Assembly: GCA_903825275.1 (NCBI GenBank)
Contig: CAIKAA010000431.1
Span: 1-54,975 of the forward strand
Length of the DNA: 54,975 bases
DNA from: an uncultured Fibrobacterota bacterium
GTDB lineage: Bacteria; Fibrobacterota; Fibrobacteria; UBA5070
Reading direction: 5' to 3'
The notes below the pieces were generated by a model. The model did not search any database. It was not told the DNA's origin and worked only from the letters and a program-made list of their open reading frames with translations. Position numbers and translations under genes: made by a program. This document shows positions 43,569 through 52,250 of this stretch, in pieces; positions within the stretch are counted from its first letter, which is position 1, and the number at the start of each line of letters is the position of its first letter.

Positions 43569-44993
43569 TCACGGACAGGGCGCTGTCGAGCCAACCGGTC
43601 CCCATAGCGCCAATCCGGCTTTTTCCCATTTGAGTTTGTGGGTTGAACTTTCCCGCAAACGCTGCTCCAACGGAGGGATTTCTTCTAGCGGAAACAAGTT
43701 CAAGGTTCCTCGGACATGGTCGATCAAGATCCATGGTTTGAGGGGGATATTCCTGTGGCTCGCGGTTTCCTTGTCCATGGTCGAAAGGACTCGATCCTCC
43801 TTCCAAAGCCGGGTGATTCCCTTGTAGTTGGTCACCGTCAGATCCATGCCTTTGGGCATTTCACGCTCTAGGCAAGTCAGGACCGCCATCGTATCCGTCC
43901 GAACATCTCTCACCCATCGAGACAACAAAACCACCAAAAGCAACGGAACACAATACGGCAAGATTCGCACCGCATGAATCAGCCTTGGATATTTTCCGAC
44001 ACCATCGATTGCAGAAAGCCACAAAAAAGGCAGGATCGGAGCGGAATACCGGAAAAGAGGCAAATGGAAATTGGGGAAATCGGAAAGGAAATTGACTCCT
44101 AGCTGGGGAAGCGCCGGAATCAGCCATGCAGGAGATAACAAAGGACCTCCCATCATGCCCATCAGCCAGGCCCCGACGGCGGCCACTCGCGACAAGGAAA
44201 TCATGTGGATCATGCTGGAGGCGGGATGTGTCAAAACCTGCCAAGCCACTTGCCCAGGAGTCGATCCCGCCCATTCATACCCCCAAGCCCCCACCTGGTA
44301 GGCACCGCCATGGAAGTGGGGAATCACCACCAGGACCGTGAAGGGAAACCACACAAGGGCGCAACCCAAAAGCACAGCCACCTCTTTGCGACGCCGATCA
44401 CGGATCAGAAGCAACGCGCACCAGGCGATCACCGTCAACGCCAAATCTTCTCGTAGCAGAAGCAGCGCCAGACCCAAAGCCAGAAACAACTTGGTTCTCC
44501 GAGTTTCAAAGGCCCATTGCCCCCAAAGCACCAGGGGAATGGACAGGGTCAGAAACTGAAAAGCCTCGCGAGACTCCAAGTGGATTCCCCAAAGAAGTGG
44601 ATGAAACATCCATCCCGCCAGGAGGACTTTTCGATGGCGGTCGGTAAAATTCCGAAGCCGAAGCAATCGGTCCATCGCGGGAATCGAGGCAGCCAGCCAG
44701 GCGGACTGGCAGGCGACCAACACCGCATACCCGGGGAACAGGGCAAACAGCGGAGTCAGCACGATTCCCAGGGGCCAGAAATGGACGGCAAAAATAGGCC
44801 AAGTGGTGTCGGCGGCTGGAATTCGAAACGATCCATCCAAGATCGCTTGGTAGGCCTGAACGTATCCCAAGGAATCCCAAGTCGACTCGAAGAATCGATG
44901 AGGAATCATTCCCACCAAAAACGCGGCCACTCCCCAGGCGACCGGGAGGAGGATCGCTTTTTTCCGTCGATTCCCGAAGAATTTGGAATGCAT
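43569..44993 (-). CDS. DUF2079-family polytopic membrane protein
   Basis: N-terminal DSLGYVQAYQAILDGSF ... FAVHFWPLGIVLTPLFALFPGYAVLVACQSAWLA matches DUF2079 as I remember it. 474 aa. Confidence 0.6.
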   Translation of the reverse strand: MHSKFFGNRRKKAILLPVAWGVAAFLVGMIPHRFFESTWDSLGYVQAYQAILDGSFRIPAADTTWPIFAVHFWPLGIVLTPLFALFPGYAVLVACQSAWLAASIPAMDRLLRLRNFTDRHRKVLLAGWMFHPLLWGIHLESREAFQFLTLSIPLVLWGQWAFETRRTKLFLALGLALLLLREDLALTVIAWCALLLIRDRRRKEVAVLLGCALVWFPFTVLVVIPHFHGGAYQVGAWGYEWAGSTPGQVAWQVLTHPASSMIHMISLSRVAAVGAWLMGMMGGPLLSPAWLIPALPQLGVNFLSDFPNFHLPLFRYSAPILPFLWLSAIDGVGKYPRLIHAVRILPYCVPLLLVVLLSRWVRDVRTDTMAVLTCLEREMPKGMDLTVTNYKGITRLWKEDRVLSTMDKETASHRNIPLKPWILIDHVRGTLNLFPLEEIPPLEQRLRESSTHKLKWEKAGLALWGPVGSTAPCP

Positions 44994-45275
44994 TCGACAC
45001 TCTCAGGAAAATGGATTTTTCTGGGACTTCCGTTTCCAGAAGTCACGGAAAGGTGCTTTACCAATACCCTCTTGTCAGAACTTGTGCCCAAACCTTTCCA
45101 ATCCGAACCTGGACGAATCTCCCCCTCGACACCAACCAACCACATTCCTGCGATTCTCCCGATCGCCCTATCTATTTTTGCATTCCATGACTCCACGGAT
45201 TCGGTCCCGTTCCACCCAAGAAGCAACTTGCCCTGTCGGCCGGAACATCTCGATTTCACCTCGTCAGCTTCCTTC

Positions 45276-46403
45276 GTGAGCCAATCGTTAAATCGGATCG
45301 ACCGCGCAAATTCCGGCTCAAGGTTCTACCTGCCCCAACTCGATGGGCTGCGCTTTTTCGCCTTCCTGTTGGTGTTCGTGAGCCACCACGGCTTGCTCCA
45401 ATCCACCCGCTTTCGCATTCTAAGGGAAGAAGGCTGGATCGGCGTCGACCTGTTCTTTGCGCTTTCGGCATTCCTCTTCACCAACCTACTGACCCAGGAA
45501 CAGCGCCAAGCGGGCGGAATCTCCTTCCGGTGGTTTTACCTGCGCCGCGTGCTGCGCCTTTGGCCAGCCTATTTTGCTTATGTCGGAATTTGTCTTTTGG
45601 TCACGCTTTTGGTTGGACATCTGGACCACGGCACCCTGGGGATCCGCGCCCTAGGATTGGTCACCTTCACCGACAACCTCTTCGCGGCAAGGGGCGGATT
45701 CAATCCCATTTTGTTCACCCCTCACCTGTGGTCGATCTGCTACGAAGTCCAGTACTACCTCGCGATCCCTCCGGCGATCTGGATCTTTTCCAAGCTGAAC
45801 CATAACCTTCGAGGGATCGGAATGGTCTTGTTGGTTTGCGTTGGCTGGAGCACCAAAGCCTGGCTCATCGCCTCGGGTGACGCCCATTTGGCGGTGTGGA
45901 CCTTGCCGTTGGCCCACTTCGAGTCGATCGCCCTGGGTTGTCTGGTCGCCTACAGCGCGGACAAGCGCACGTTCCAACATCTTCCGGGAGGAGTCGCGTT
46001 TGGGATCGGGACCAGCTGCTTCGTCCTCCAATGCCTCCTTCCCTCTGCCGACATCAGCTCGATCGCGTTGTTTCCCAAATACCTGTTGTCGGGTCTTGCC
46101 TCGGCCTTCTGGATCCAATCCGCCCTGACCAGTCCACGCTTGTCGGCAGGACTCGCCCATCCTTGGCTCGTCCATCTCGGAAAGCGATCGTACGGACTCT
46201 ATTTGTACCACCTGGGATCCATCGTGGTCGTGGCCATGATCCTCAAGCGGATTCCTGGAAAACTTTCGCCCGATGGACCGATCTCCTTCCTGTTAAGCCT
46301 TTTGGTGACTTGGGTCGCCGCCTACCTTTCCTACCGGTGGCTGGAGTCTCCCTTTTTGCGGCGGAAAAAACATTTTGAAGTGGTGGACTCTCGCCCGATC
46401 TAA
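45276..46403 (+). CDS. Acyltransferase family 3 (membrane O-acyltransferase)
   Basis: GTG 45276 gives VSQSLNRIDRANSGSRFYLPQLDGLRFFAFLLVFVSHH ... GVDLFFALSAFLF ... RRVLRLWPAYF. The 5' part of ORF 44517..46403 is antisense to the DUF2079 gene and is not coding. Confidence 0.8.
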   Translation: MSQSLNRIDRANSGSRFYLPQLDGLRFFAFLLVFVSHHGLLQSTRFRILREEGWIGVDLFFALSAFLFTNLLTQEQRQAGGISFRWFYLRRVLRLWPAYFAYVGICLLVTLLVGHLDHGTLGIRALGLVTFTDNLFAARGGFNPILFTPHLWSICYEVQYYLAIPPAIWIFSKLNHNLRGIGMVLLVCVGWSTKAWLIASGDAHLAVWTLPLAHFESIALGCLVAYSADKRTFQHLPGGVAFGIGTSCFVLQCLLPSADISSIALFPKYLLSGLASAFWIQSALTSPRLSAGLAHPWLVHLGKRSYGLYLYHLGSIVVVAMILKRIPGKLSPDGPISFLLSLLVTWVAAYLSYRWLESPFLRRKKHFEVVDSRPI

Positions 46404-46412
46404 GGAGCCAAT

Positions 46413-47390
46413 GTGATCGAAGCCGTAGCCTATGACCCGTCGCTCTGCAAAGAGTGGGATGCGGTGATCGATTCTTCGCGGAATGGACACTTTCTGTTTC
46501 GCCGTGACTATGTGGGCTACCACGCCGATCGCTTTCCCGATGCTTCCTACCTGTTTCGCGAAGAGGGTCGCTCGATCGGGGCGATCACCGGACATTTTCT
46601 GTCCGACGGTGGTTGGGCCACCCACCACGGTCTGACCTTTGGGGGATTGGTGGTGGCCAAAGATGTTCGCGCCGCCCAAGTGCGGGGAATGCTCAACGCC
46701 CTGCACGAACAGCTAGTGTCGCGTGGCGTGAACCGGGTTCGTTATCGTCCCATGCCTTGGTTCCACCAAACCTCCCCCACCCAGGAAGACGCCTATTTCC
46801 TGTTCCGCCTCGGCGCCCGCATCGTCTACCGGACGCTGTGCACCGTGGTGCGCCCTCAGGACGCCAAATTCTCCGAGCTCCGCCGTCGCAGCGCCAAGAA
46901 GGCCGAGAAGGCCGGATTGTACGTGCAGCGATCCAACGACTGGGAAGGGTATTGGCAGGTTCTGTCGGGCAGGTTGCTCGCCCGCTACGGCGCACGCCCG
47001 GTGCACTCGCTGGAAGAAATCAAGTTGTTGGCCGGTCGATTTCCCGAACACATCCAGCTTTGGGCAGCTTTTGAGGGAAACCAAATGCGCGGCGGGATCG
47101 TGAGTTACAAGACCCCCAATGTATTCCACATGCAATACAGCGGGGCCGACGAGCGCGGCCAAGAGGTCGGGGCGATCGATCTGGTGTTGCGCGAAGTCTT
47201 GGCAGGTCCCGCCTGCGCCAGCCACTGGTTCAGTTTTGGCACCAGCTGCGAACAAGATGGCCAATGGCTCAACGACACCTTGGTTTCCTTCAAAGAAGGT
47301 TTTGGCGGACACGGCGCTGTTCATGAAGAATACGAATACGTCCCCGGGCCCATCCCCATCGACGAGGCCATTCGGCCAAGCATGGAATAA
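46413..47390 (+). CDS. FemAB/BioF2-like GNAT-fold acyltransferase
   Basis: GTG start. 325 aa with a duplicated GNAT-like layout (WDAVIDSSRNGHFLFRRDY ... THHGLTFGGLV ... HMQYSGADERG) as in peptidyl/acyl transferases of glycan loci. Assignment is tentative. Confidence 0.5.
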   Translation: MIEAVAYDPSLCKEWDAVIDSSRNGHFLFRRDYVGYHADRFPDASYLFREEGRSIGAITGHFLSDGGWATHHGLTFGGLVVAKDVRAAQVRGMLNALHEQLVSRGVNRVRYRPMPWFHQTSPTQEDAYFLFRLGARIVYRTLCTVVRPQDAKFSELRRRSAKKAEKAGLYVQRSNDWEGYWQVLSGRLLARYGARPVHSLEEIKLLAGRFPEHIQLWAAFEGNQMRGGIVSYKTPNVFHMQYSGADERGQEVGAIDLVLREVLAGPACASHWFSFGTSCEQDGQWLNDTLVSFKEGFGGHGAVHEEYEYVPGPIPIDEAIRPSME

Positions 47391-47456
47391 CTCCCGCCCA
47401 CGGCCCACCACAACCCAGTTCTTCCTTGAATTTCATCTTAGCCGCGAAGTCTACCT

Positions 47457-48761
47457 TTGCTTCACTGTGGACAGGATCATCATCCTCTGAAGAACTTAAA
47501 AGATCGGCGGTGGGTCGAACTTATTCCCTATTTGGAAAATTTCCACATCCCTGGTGGAGTGGTCGGAAACCTTGCGGCCACGAGTTTTCGTCTTGGCCTC
47601 TTGATCTTGGTGGGTCGTGCCGTGGCCCAAAACCTTGGCTCCCAGGGAATCGTGGTCATGGGGCAGCTTCAAAACCTGCTTTCCTTGGGATTGGCGATTC
47701 CCGCCATGGCCCTTCAATCCGGAATCCAACAAGCCATTGGTTCCGCCCAACCTTCCCAAATCCAAGCTCGTTCCTCGTGGGCCTTGTTGTCCGGACAAAT
47801 TCTGGCAGCTATTTCCGGACTGTTTTTGTTGTGGCTGGCCACTTCTGGATTCATCTACCTCCCCACCCAGGTCCATTCGGTCGCCTGGTTGTTCTTGCCC
47901 GGGCTTTTGGCGATGACCCTGGTCGGAAACCTCCAAGCCATTGCCGGTGGCCGAGGTCGGATGAATCGTTTGAATTGGTTCATCGCCATCTCGGGTCCGC
48001 TCCAAGCTTTGTGGCTTTTTGGTTGGATTCATCTTGGCTTGCAAGGTTTGGTTCCTGGAATCTTGCTTTTCGGATTGGTCGCCGCACCAATTGCACTAGG
48101 TTTTTTGTCTCCTTTCCCCCTCTCCCTCCCCCGCTTGGACCAATGGAAGGAACAAGCTCAGGTTTGGGGTCCGCTGGCGGTGATGGGATCGATCGCGGCT
48201 CTATCGGCCCCCTATCTGCAAATCACCATCCGCGAAAACGTTTTGGCCCAGGGCCTTGATGTTGCAGGAGCTTGGCAAGCCGCCGTGCGCGTCACCGACC
48301 TCTTGTTTTTCACTTGGTATGCCGCTTTTGCAACCTGGGCACTTCCCAAATTGTCTGGCCCCATCGCCCATCGCCCGGGCTTTGGCAAACTCGCTTTGGC
48401 GCCTCTTGGAGCGATTGGACTTGGGTCGGCTTTGATGCTATTTGGTCCGATGGTTTTGGACATCGCCTACATGGGTCGGTTTCCCGAGGCCATTTCCATC
48501 TTGCGACTTCAATGTCTGGCCGAAATGGTCCGGGCCGGCGCCATTCCGTTGGGGTTGATTTTGATCTCCCGCCGGGCGGTACGAACCTACGGGGCCTTGG
48601 AGATTGGCAGCACGCTCCTTCAAATCCTTTTGGTTCGTTTCCTGGTCCCCCGATTGGGCCCATCGGGGGCACCGTTGTCGGTCGCGATCGAATCCGCCCT
48701 CTACCTCGTGGTGGCAGGAGCGTTTGTCCGGCGTCGCAAAGGGTTACCTTTGGCGCTATGA
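47457..48761 (+). CDS. Wzx/MOP-type polysaccharide flippase
   Basis: Roughly 12 hydrophobic segments. N-terminal FRLGLLILVGRAVAQNLGSQGIVVMGQLQNLL resembles WzxE-like flippases. The start is uncertain (TTG 47457 or a downstream GTG near 47553). Confidence 0.6.
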   Translation: MLHCGQDHHPLKNLKDRRWVELIPYLENFHIPGGVVGNLAATSFRLGLLILVGRAVAQNLGSQGIVVMGQLQNLLSLGLAIPAMALQSGIQQAIGSAQPSQIQARSSWALLSGQILAAISGLFLLWLATSGFIYLPTQVHSVAWLFLPGLLAMTLVGNLQAIAGGRGRMNRLNWFIAISGPLQALWLFGWIHLGLQGLVPGILLFGLVAAPIALGFLSPFPLSLPRLDQWKEQAQVWGPLAVMGSIAALSAPYLQITIRENVLAQGLDVAGAWQAAVRVTDLLFFTWYAAFATWALPKLSGPIAHRPGFGKLALAPLGAIGLGSALMLFGPMVLDIAYMGRFPEAISILRLQCLAEMVRAGAIPLGLILISRRAVRTYGALEIGSTLLQILLVRFLVPRLGPSGAPLSVAIESALYLVVAGAFVRRRKGLPLAL

Positions 48762-49102
48762 GCACAACCTTGGAAGATCTCGAAGACCTGTCGGCCGTCG
48801 TATTAGTCCCCACCGAGGCGTTTCGCCTGGTGCTGGAAGCGGCCGATCCCTCCCTGAAAAGCGAACTCGAAGACGCGTTCGACGAACCGGACAACCAAAC
48901 GGTGGTCTTGGTGCCGGTCCCCGAAAACGACGACGAGCTGGAGGAATTCCTCAAGCCCCACAAAAAGGCCCTCGCTGAAAAGGAGATCAGCCACTGGATC
49001 GAAGATCCGGCGCGCTGGCCCAAGATTTCTGCCGATTTGTTCGAAGAATGGTTCGAGGTCCGCTTCCACTCGATCGTCCTGGCGGTTGGCGAGGAGGAAT
49101 AG
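48758..49102 (+). CDS. Acidic hypothetical protein (114 aa)
   Basis: ATG overlaps the flippase stop (ATGA). MSTTLEDLEDLSAVVLVPTEAFRL ... ISADLFEEWFEVRFHSIVLAVGEEE. Its stop abuts the recR TTG. Confidence 0.5.
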   Translation: MSTTLEDLEDLSAVVLVPTEAFRLVLEAADPSLKSELEDAFDEPDNQTVVLVPVPENDDELEEFLKPHKKALAEKEISHWIEDPARWPKISADLFEEWFEVRFHSIVLAVGEEE

Positions 49103-49696
49103 TTGGATTGGTCTCCGGCGGTTGAAACCCTGGTCCGCGAGCTTTCGCGGCTTCCCGGTGTTGGTCGACGATCCGCATCCCGGTTGGCTCACCACTTGTT
49201 GCGATGCCCCGAGGAACAGGCGAGGGCCTTGGCCCTTTCCATCCAGGAATCGCGCGACAAGGTGCGCCCCTGTCAGTGTTGCGGCAATTATGCCGAGGCC
49301 GAATTGTGTCCTCTTTGCCGGGATCCGCGTCGCGATCACGGGATTGTCTTGGTGGTGGAAAAACCTTCCGACATCTCGGCCTTTGAATCGACGGGCCGCT
49401 ACCGAGGCGTCTACCATGTTTTGGGCGCTCTTTTGTCGCCATTGGACGGGATCGGACCGGATCGATTGAATCTGGCCGCCCTGCGCAGCCGGATGGAAGG
49501 CGGCGCGGTTCGCGAAGTCGTTCTGGCCACACCGGCCTCGACCGAAGGGGATGCCACGGCCCTCTACATCCAACGCTTCATTCCCTCGGGAACCTCTCTC
49601 ACGCGTTTGGCCCGAGGCCTACCCGTGGGAGGGGAGCTGGAATACAGCGATAGCTTGACGGTTTTGCGCGCCTATGAAGGCCGCATTCCCGCCTAA
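49103..49696 (+). CDS. recR: Recombination protein RecR
   Basis: GAGGAGGA Shine-Dalgarno then TTG start. LPGVGRRSASRLAHHLL helix-hairpin-helix, zinc finger CQCCGNYAEAELCPLC, and a Toprim region. Confidence 0.9.
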   Translation: MDWSPAVETLVRELSRLPGVGRRSASRLAHHLLRCPEEQARALALSIQESRDKVRPCQCCGNYAEAELCPLCRDPRRDHGIVLVVEKPSDISAFESTGRYRGVYHVLGALLSPLDGIGPDRLNLAALRSRMEGGAVREVVLATPASTEGDATALYIQRFIPSGTSLTRLARGLPVGGELEYSDSLTVLRAYEGRIPA

Positions 49697-49904
49697 GGAA
49701 AAGGTTCGACCTCCTGTTCCCCAGGCCGGGTGGCAGGAGCTTTCCTTGGATCTCAAATGGCCAAGTGGATCCAAAAAGAATAAACTCAGGGTGCTCGCAG
49801 GAAAGGTTACCCCACCGGTCGAGAAGCGCCATCGGCGTTCTTTTCCGATCCAGCGGTATTTTTCATCCGATCTTCCGAAAGCCAGAAACGATCTTTTCCA
49901 ACTC

Positions 49905-50525
49905 ATGAAATCCAACGACAACCATCCCTTCTACAAACTCGGGCAAAAAGCGGTTTTTCGCATTGGAGCGGTGGGCACCAACCAATTCGTGACCGACGGG
50001 CTTCCCCAGATCGCTTTCGCGGGTCGGTCGAATGTGGGCAAGTCCAGCTTGCAAAACGCCTTGCTGGGTCGGTCGGGCTTGGTGCGCACCAGTTCCACCC
50101 CCGGCAGAACTCGCGAGATCAATTTCTTCGAGATCCCTGAAAAAGGATGGTTTGTCGATCTTCCCGGATTCGGGTACGCCCGCGGGGGCCACCAAGCCAG
50201 CGGGTCCTTCGCGAAGTTGGTGGGAGATTACCTGAGCCAAGAGGGGCAACCGGTGTTGGTCATCTACATCCTCGACGCCGATGTTCCCGAGAGCGAGGTG
50301 GATTCCATTTGCCTGGGGCGGATTTTGGATGCGGGGGTTCCCACCCTGATTTTGTTGAACAAAGCCGACCGTCTCGACCAGTCCAAGCGGACGCGCTACC
50401 CGACCATGGTCAAGGAACGCTTCGGACTCGAAACCCTTCCCCCGCTGATTTCCGCCCGCACCGGCAAGGGACTCGACGCCTTGCGCGACCGAATTCTATC
50501 CATTCTGGAGCCCCCTTCGCCATGA
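49905..50525 (+). CDS. engB: Ribosome-biogenesis GTPase EngB/YsxC
   Basis: LPQIAFAGRSNVGKSSLQNAL (G1), DLPGFGYA (G3), LNKADRL (G4). Internal ATG 49905 chosen by comparison with typical EngB N-termini. Confidence 0.85.
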   Translation: MKSNDNHPFYKLGQKAVFRIGAVGTNQFVTDGLPQIAFAGRSNVGKSSLQNALLGRSGLVRTSSTPGRTREINFFEIPEKGWFVDLPGFGYARGGHQASGSFAKLVGDYLSQEGQPVLVIYILDADVPESEVDSICLGRILDAGVPTLILLNKADRLDQSKRTRYPTMVKERFGLETLPPLISARTGKGLDALRDRILSILEPPSP

Positions 50526-51388
50526 GCATCTTGCTGGAGGTTTTGATCGAATTTCCCTCCAGATTGCTTGGCCTTGTGGGCCGTATTTGGGAGCGATCGC
50601 TTCCCGGGCGCGTCATTTCGCTGTTTGTCCAAGTTCTGTTTTGTCCCTTTCGCGGCAAGCGCGCCACGGCCCGCCAAATCCGCGAAATTTTCTTTCAACA
50701 GGTGTACTTCACCGCCGTGGAAGCGGTTCCCATCGTGGTGATTTTGGCCACCCTGGTCGGCGGCGTGACCCTGATCGAATTCGCCACGGTGCTGCCCCGC
50801 ATCGGAAATTCCTTCTTCCTGGGCGATGTCATGGTGCTGGTGATCTTGCGCGAATTGGCGCCGCTTTTCACCGCCTTTATCGTGGCAGGACGCACCGGTT
50901 CGGCCTTGGCCACCTACATTGGAAACATGAAGGTGCATGGCGAAATCGACGCCCTGGAAAGCATGGGAATCGACCCGGTCCGTTTTCTTGTCCTTCCCGC
51001 CGTCTTGGGATGCACCATTGGAATGCTTTGTTTGTCCCTGTTGTTCACCGCCAGCGCCGTTTTTGGCGGATTTGTGGTCGCCCAATTGCTGGCCTGGGCC
51101 TTCCCCGGCTCCTTGGGACTGGACATGGACATCAACACCTTCTTGAGCCGAACAGGGACGGCCCTGCGCATGTTGGATTTGTTGGTGATGGGACTCAAGC
51201 CCGTTTCCTTTGGAATGGCCGTGGCGCTGTTGGCGTGTCTCAACGGCTTGTCGCTCGGGATCAGTTCCCACGAAGTCCCCCAGGGGACCCGTTCGGCAGT
51301 GGTTCATTCGATTGTGGTGGTGGTTCTTTTGGATGGTCTATTCGCCGCCATTTTCGTGATCCCCCAACTGGGGTCGTACCTGCCATGA
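50522..51388 (+). CDS. mlaE: MlaE-family ABC permease (divergent paralogue)
   Basis: ATG overlaps the engB stop. ILRELAPLFTAFIVAGRTGSALATYIGNMKVHGEIDALESMGIDP is the MlaE core motif. Confidence 0.8.
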   Translation: MSILLEVLIEFPSRLLGLVGRIWERSLPGRVISLFVQVLFCPFRGKRATARQIREIFFQQVYFTAVEAVPIVVILATLVGGVTLIEFATVLPRIGNSFFLGDVMVLVILRELAPLFTAFIVAGRTGSALATYIGNMKVHGEIDALESMGIDPVRFLVLPAVLGCTIGMLCLSLLFTASAVFGGFVVAQLLAWAFPGSLGLDMDINTFLSRTGTALRMLDLLVMGLKPVSFGMAVALLACLNGLSLGISSHEVPQGTRSAVVHSIVVVVLLDGLFAAIFVIPQLGSYLP

Positions 51389-51446
51389 GCCACAACCTTT
51401 CCCGTTCCTTCGTCGATCCAGGTTTCTTCCAAAGGAGGGGTTTGCG

Positions 51447-52250
51447 ATGAGCGAAGTTTTATCGGAAGCCTGTGGATTGCGGTTTGGCTATCGGGATGAC
51501 GAGAGGATTCTCAACGGCATCGATTTCGAGGTTCGTCGCGGGGATGTGCGGATCATCGCGGGCGAATCCGGCAAAGGCAAGAGCACCATCTTGCGCTTGC
51601 TCAGTGGATTGGAGCGCCCCCACCCCGACGAACTGGGGTCGGTTGCCGGCCAGGTTTTTTTGTTTGGGGAAGACATTTGGGAAATCCCGCACGTTCGGCT
51701 CCAAGACCTGCGAAAGCGAACGGGGTATGTTTTTCAAAACAACGCCTTGATCTCGAACATGACCGTGGAGGACAATATCGCGATGCCCTTGCGATACCAC
51801 ACCGATCTCACCGACGAGAAGATTTCCCAGCGGGTCCGACGTTGGATCGAAATGTTGTTGCTTGCCGGCCACGAAGACAAACGTCCTGCTCACCTTTCCT
51901 TGGGCATGCAAAAACGGGCGGCGGTTGCGCGAGCCATGGCAATGGAACCAGAGGTGTTGTTTCTGGACGAACCCACGGCGGGGCTGGATGCGAAAAACAA
52001 TGACATCATGCTTTCTCTGATTGGTAACCTGCGGGCGCTCTCCAACGTCGCCATCGTGATGGTCACCCACGATCTTGGTTCTGCCAAGTCCTTGGGGGGA
52101 AGGATTGCCTTGTTGGTCGACGGAACTTTGCGCCGGCCTCGCTCGATGGAGGAATTGCTCAAGTCGTCGGACCTTCGCGATCGCGAACTGGTTCGCGAAA
52201 ACAACAATAGTGGAAGTCGGTTCGATGACGAAAGCGGGTTTCCCTCATGA
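51447..52250 (+). CDS. mlaF: MlaF-like ABC transporter ATP-binding protein
   Basis: Walker A GESGKGKST, signature-like LSLGMQKRAAVARA, Walker B LFLDEPTAGLD. Confidence 0.85.
   Translation: MSEVLSEACGLRFGYRDDERILNGIDFEVRRGDVRIIAGESGKGKSTILRLLSGLERPHPDELGSVAGQVFLFGEDIWEIPHVRLQDLRKRTGYVFQNNALISNMTVEDNIAMPLRYHTDLTDEKISQRVRRWIEMLLLAGHEDKRPAHLSLGMQKRAAVARAMAMEPEVLFLDEPTAGLDAKNNDIMLSLIGNLRALSNVAIVMVTHDLGSAKSLGGRIALLVDGTLRRPRSMEELLKSSDLRDRELVRENNNSGSRFDDESGFPS

Noticed and set aside
44517-45275. The 5' 253 codons of ORF 44517..46403, which would extend the acyltransferase to 628 aa.
   Set aside because: This part is antisense to the DUF2079 gene and then crosses the divergent promoter region. Acyltransferase-3 homology only begins at ...RFYLPQLDGLRFF, so I start the gene at GTG 45276.
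49706-49740. GGTTCGACC and CCAGGCCGGG..GCAGGAGC, which superficially recall a tRNA T-arm and the SRP (4.5S) RNA domain IV.
   Set aside because: No cloverleaf can be drawn. The SRP hallmark GGAA tetraloop with flanking AGCAGCC/GGUCC motifs is absent. It is kept only as an unexplained hairpin in the spacer finding.
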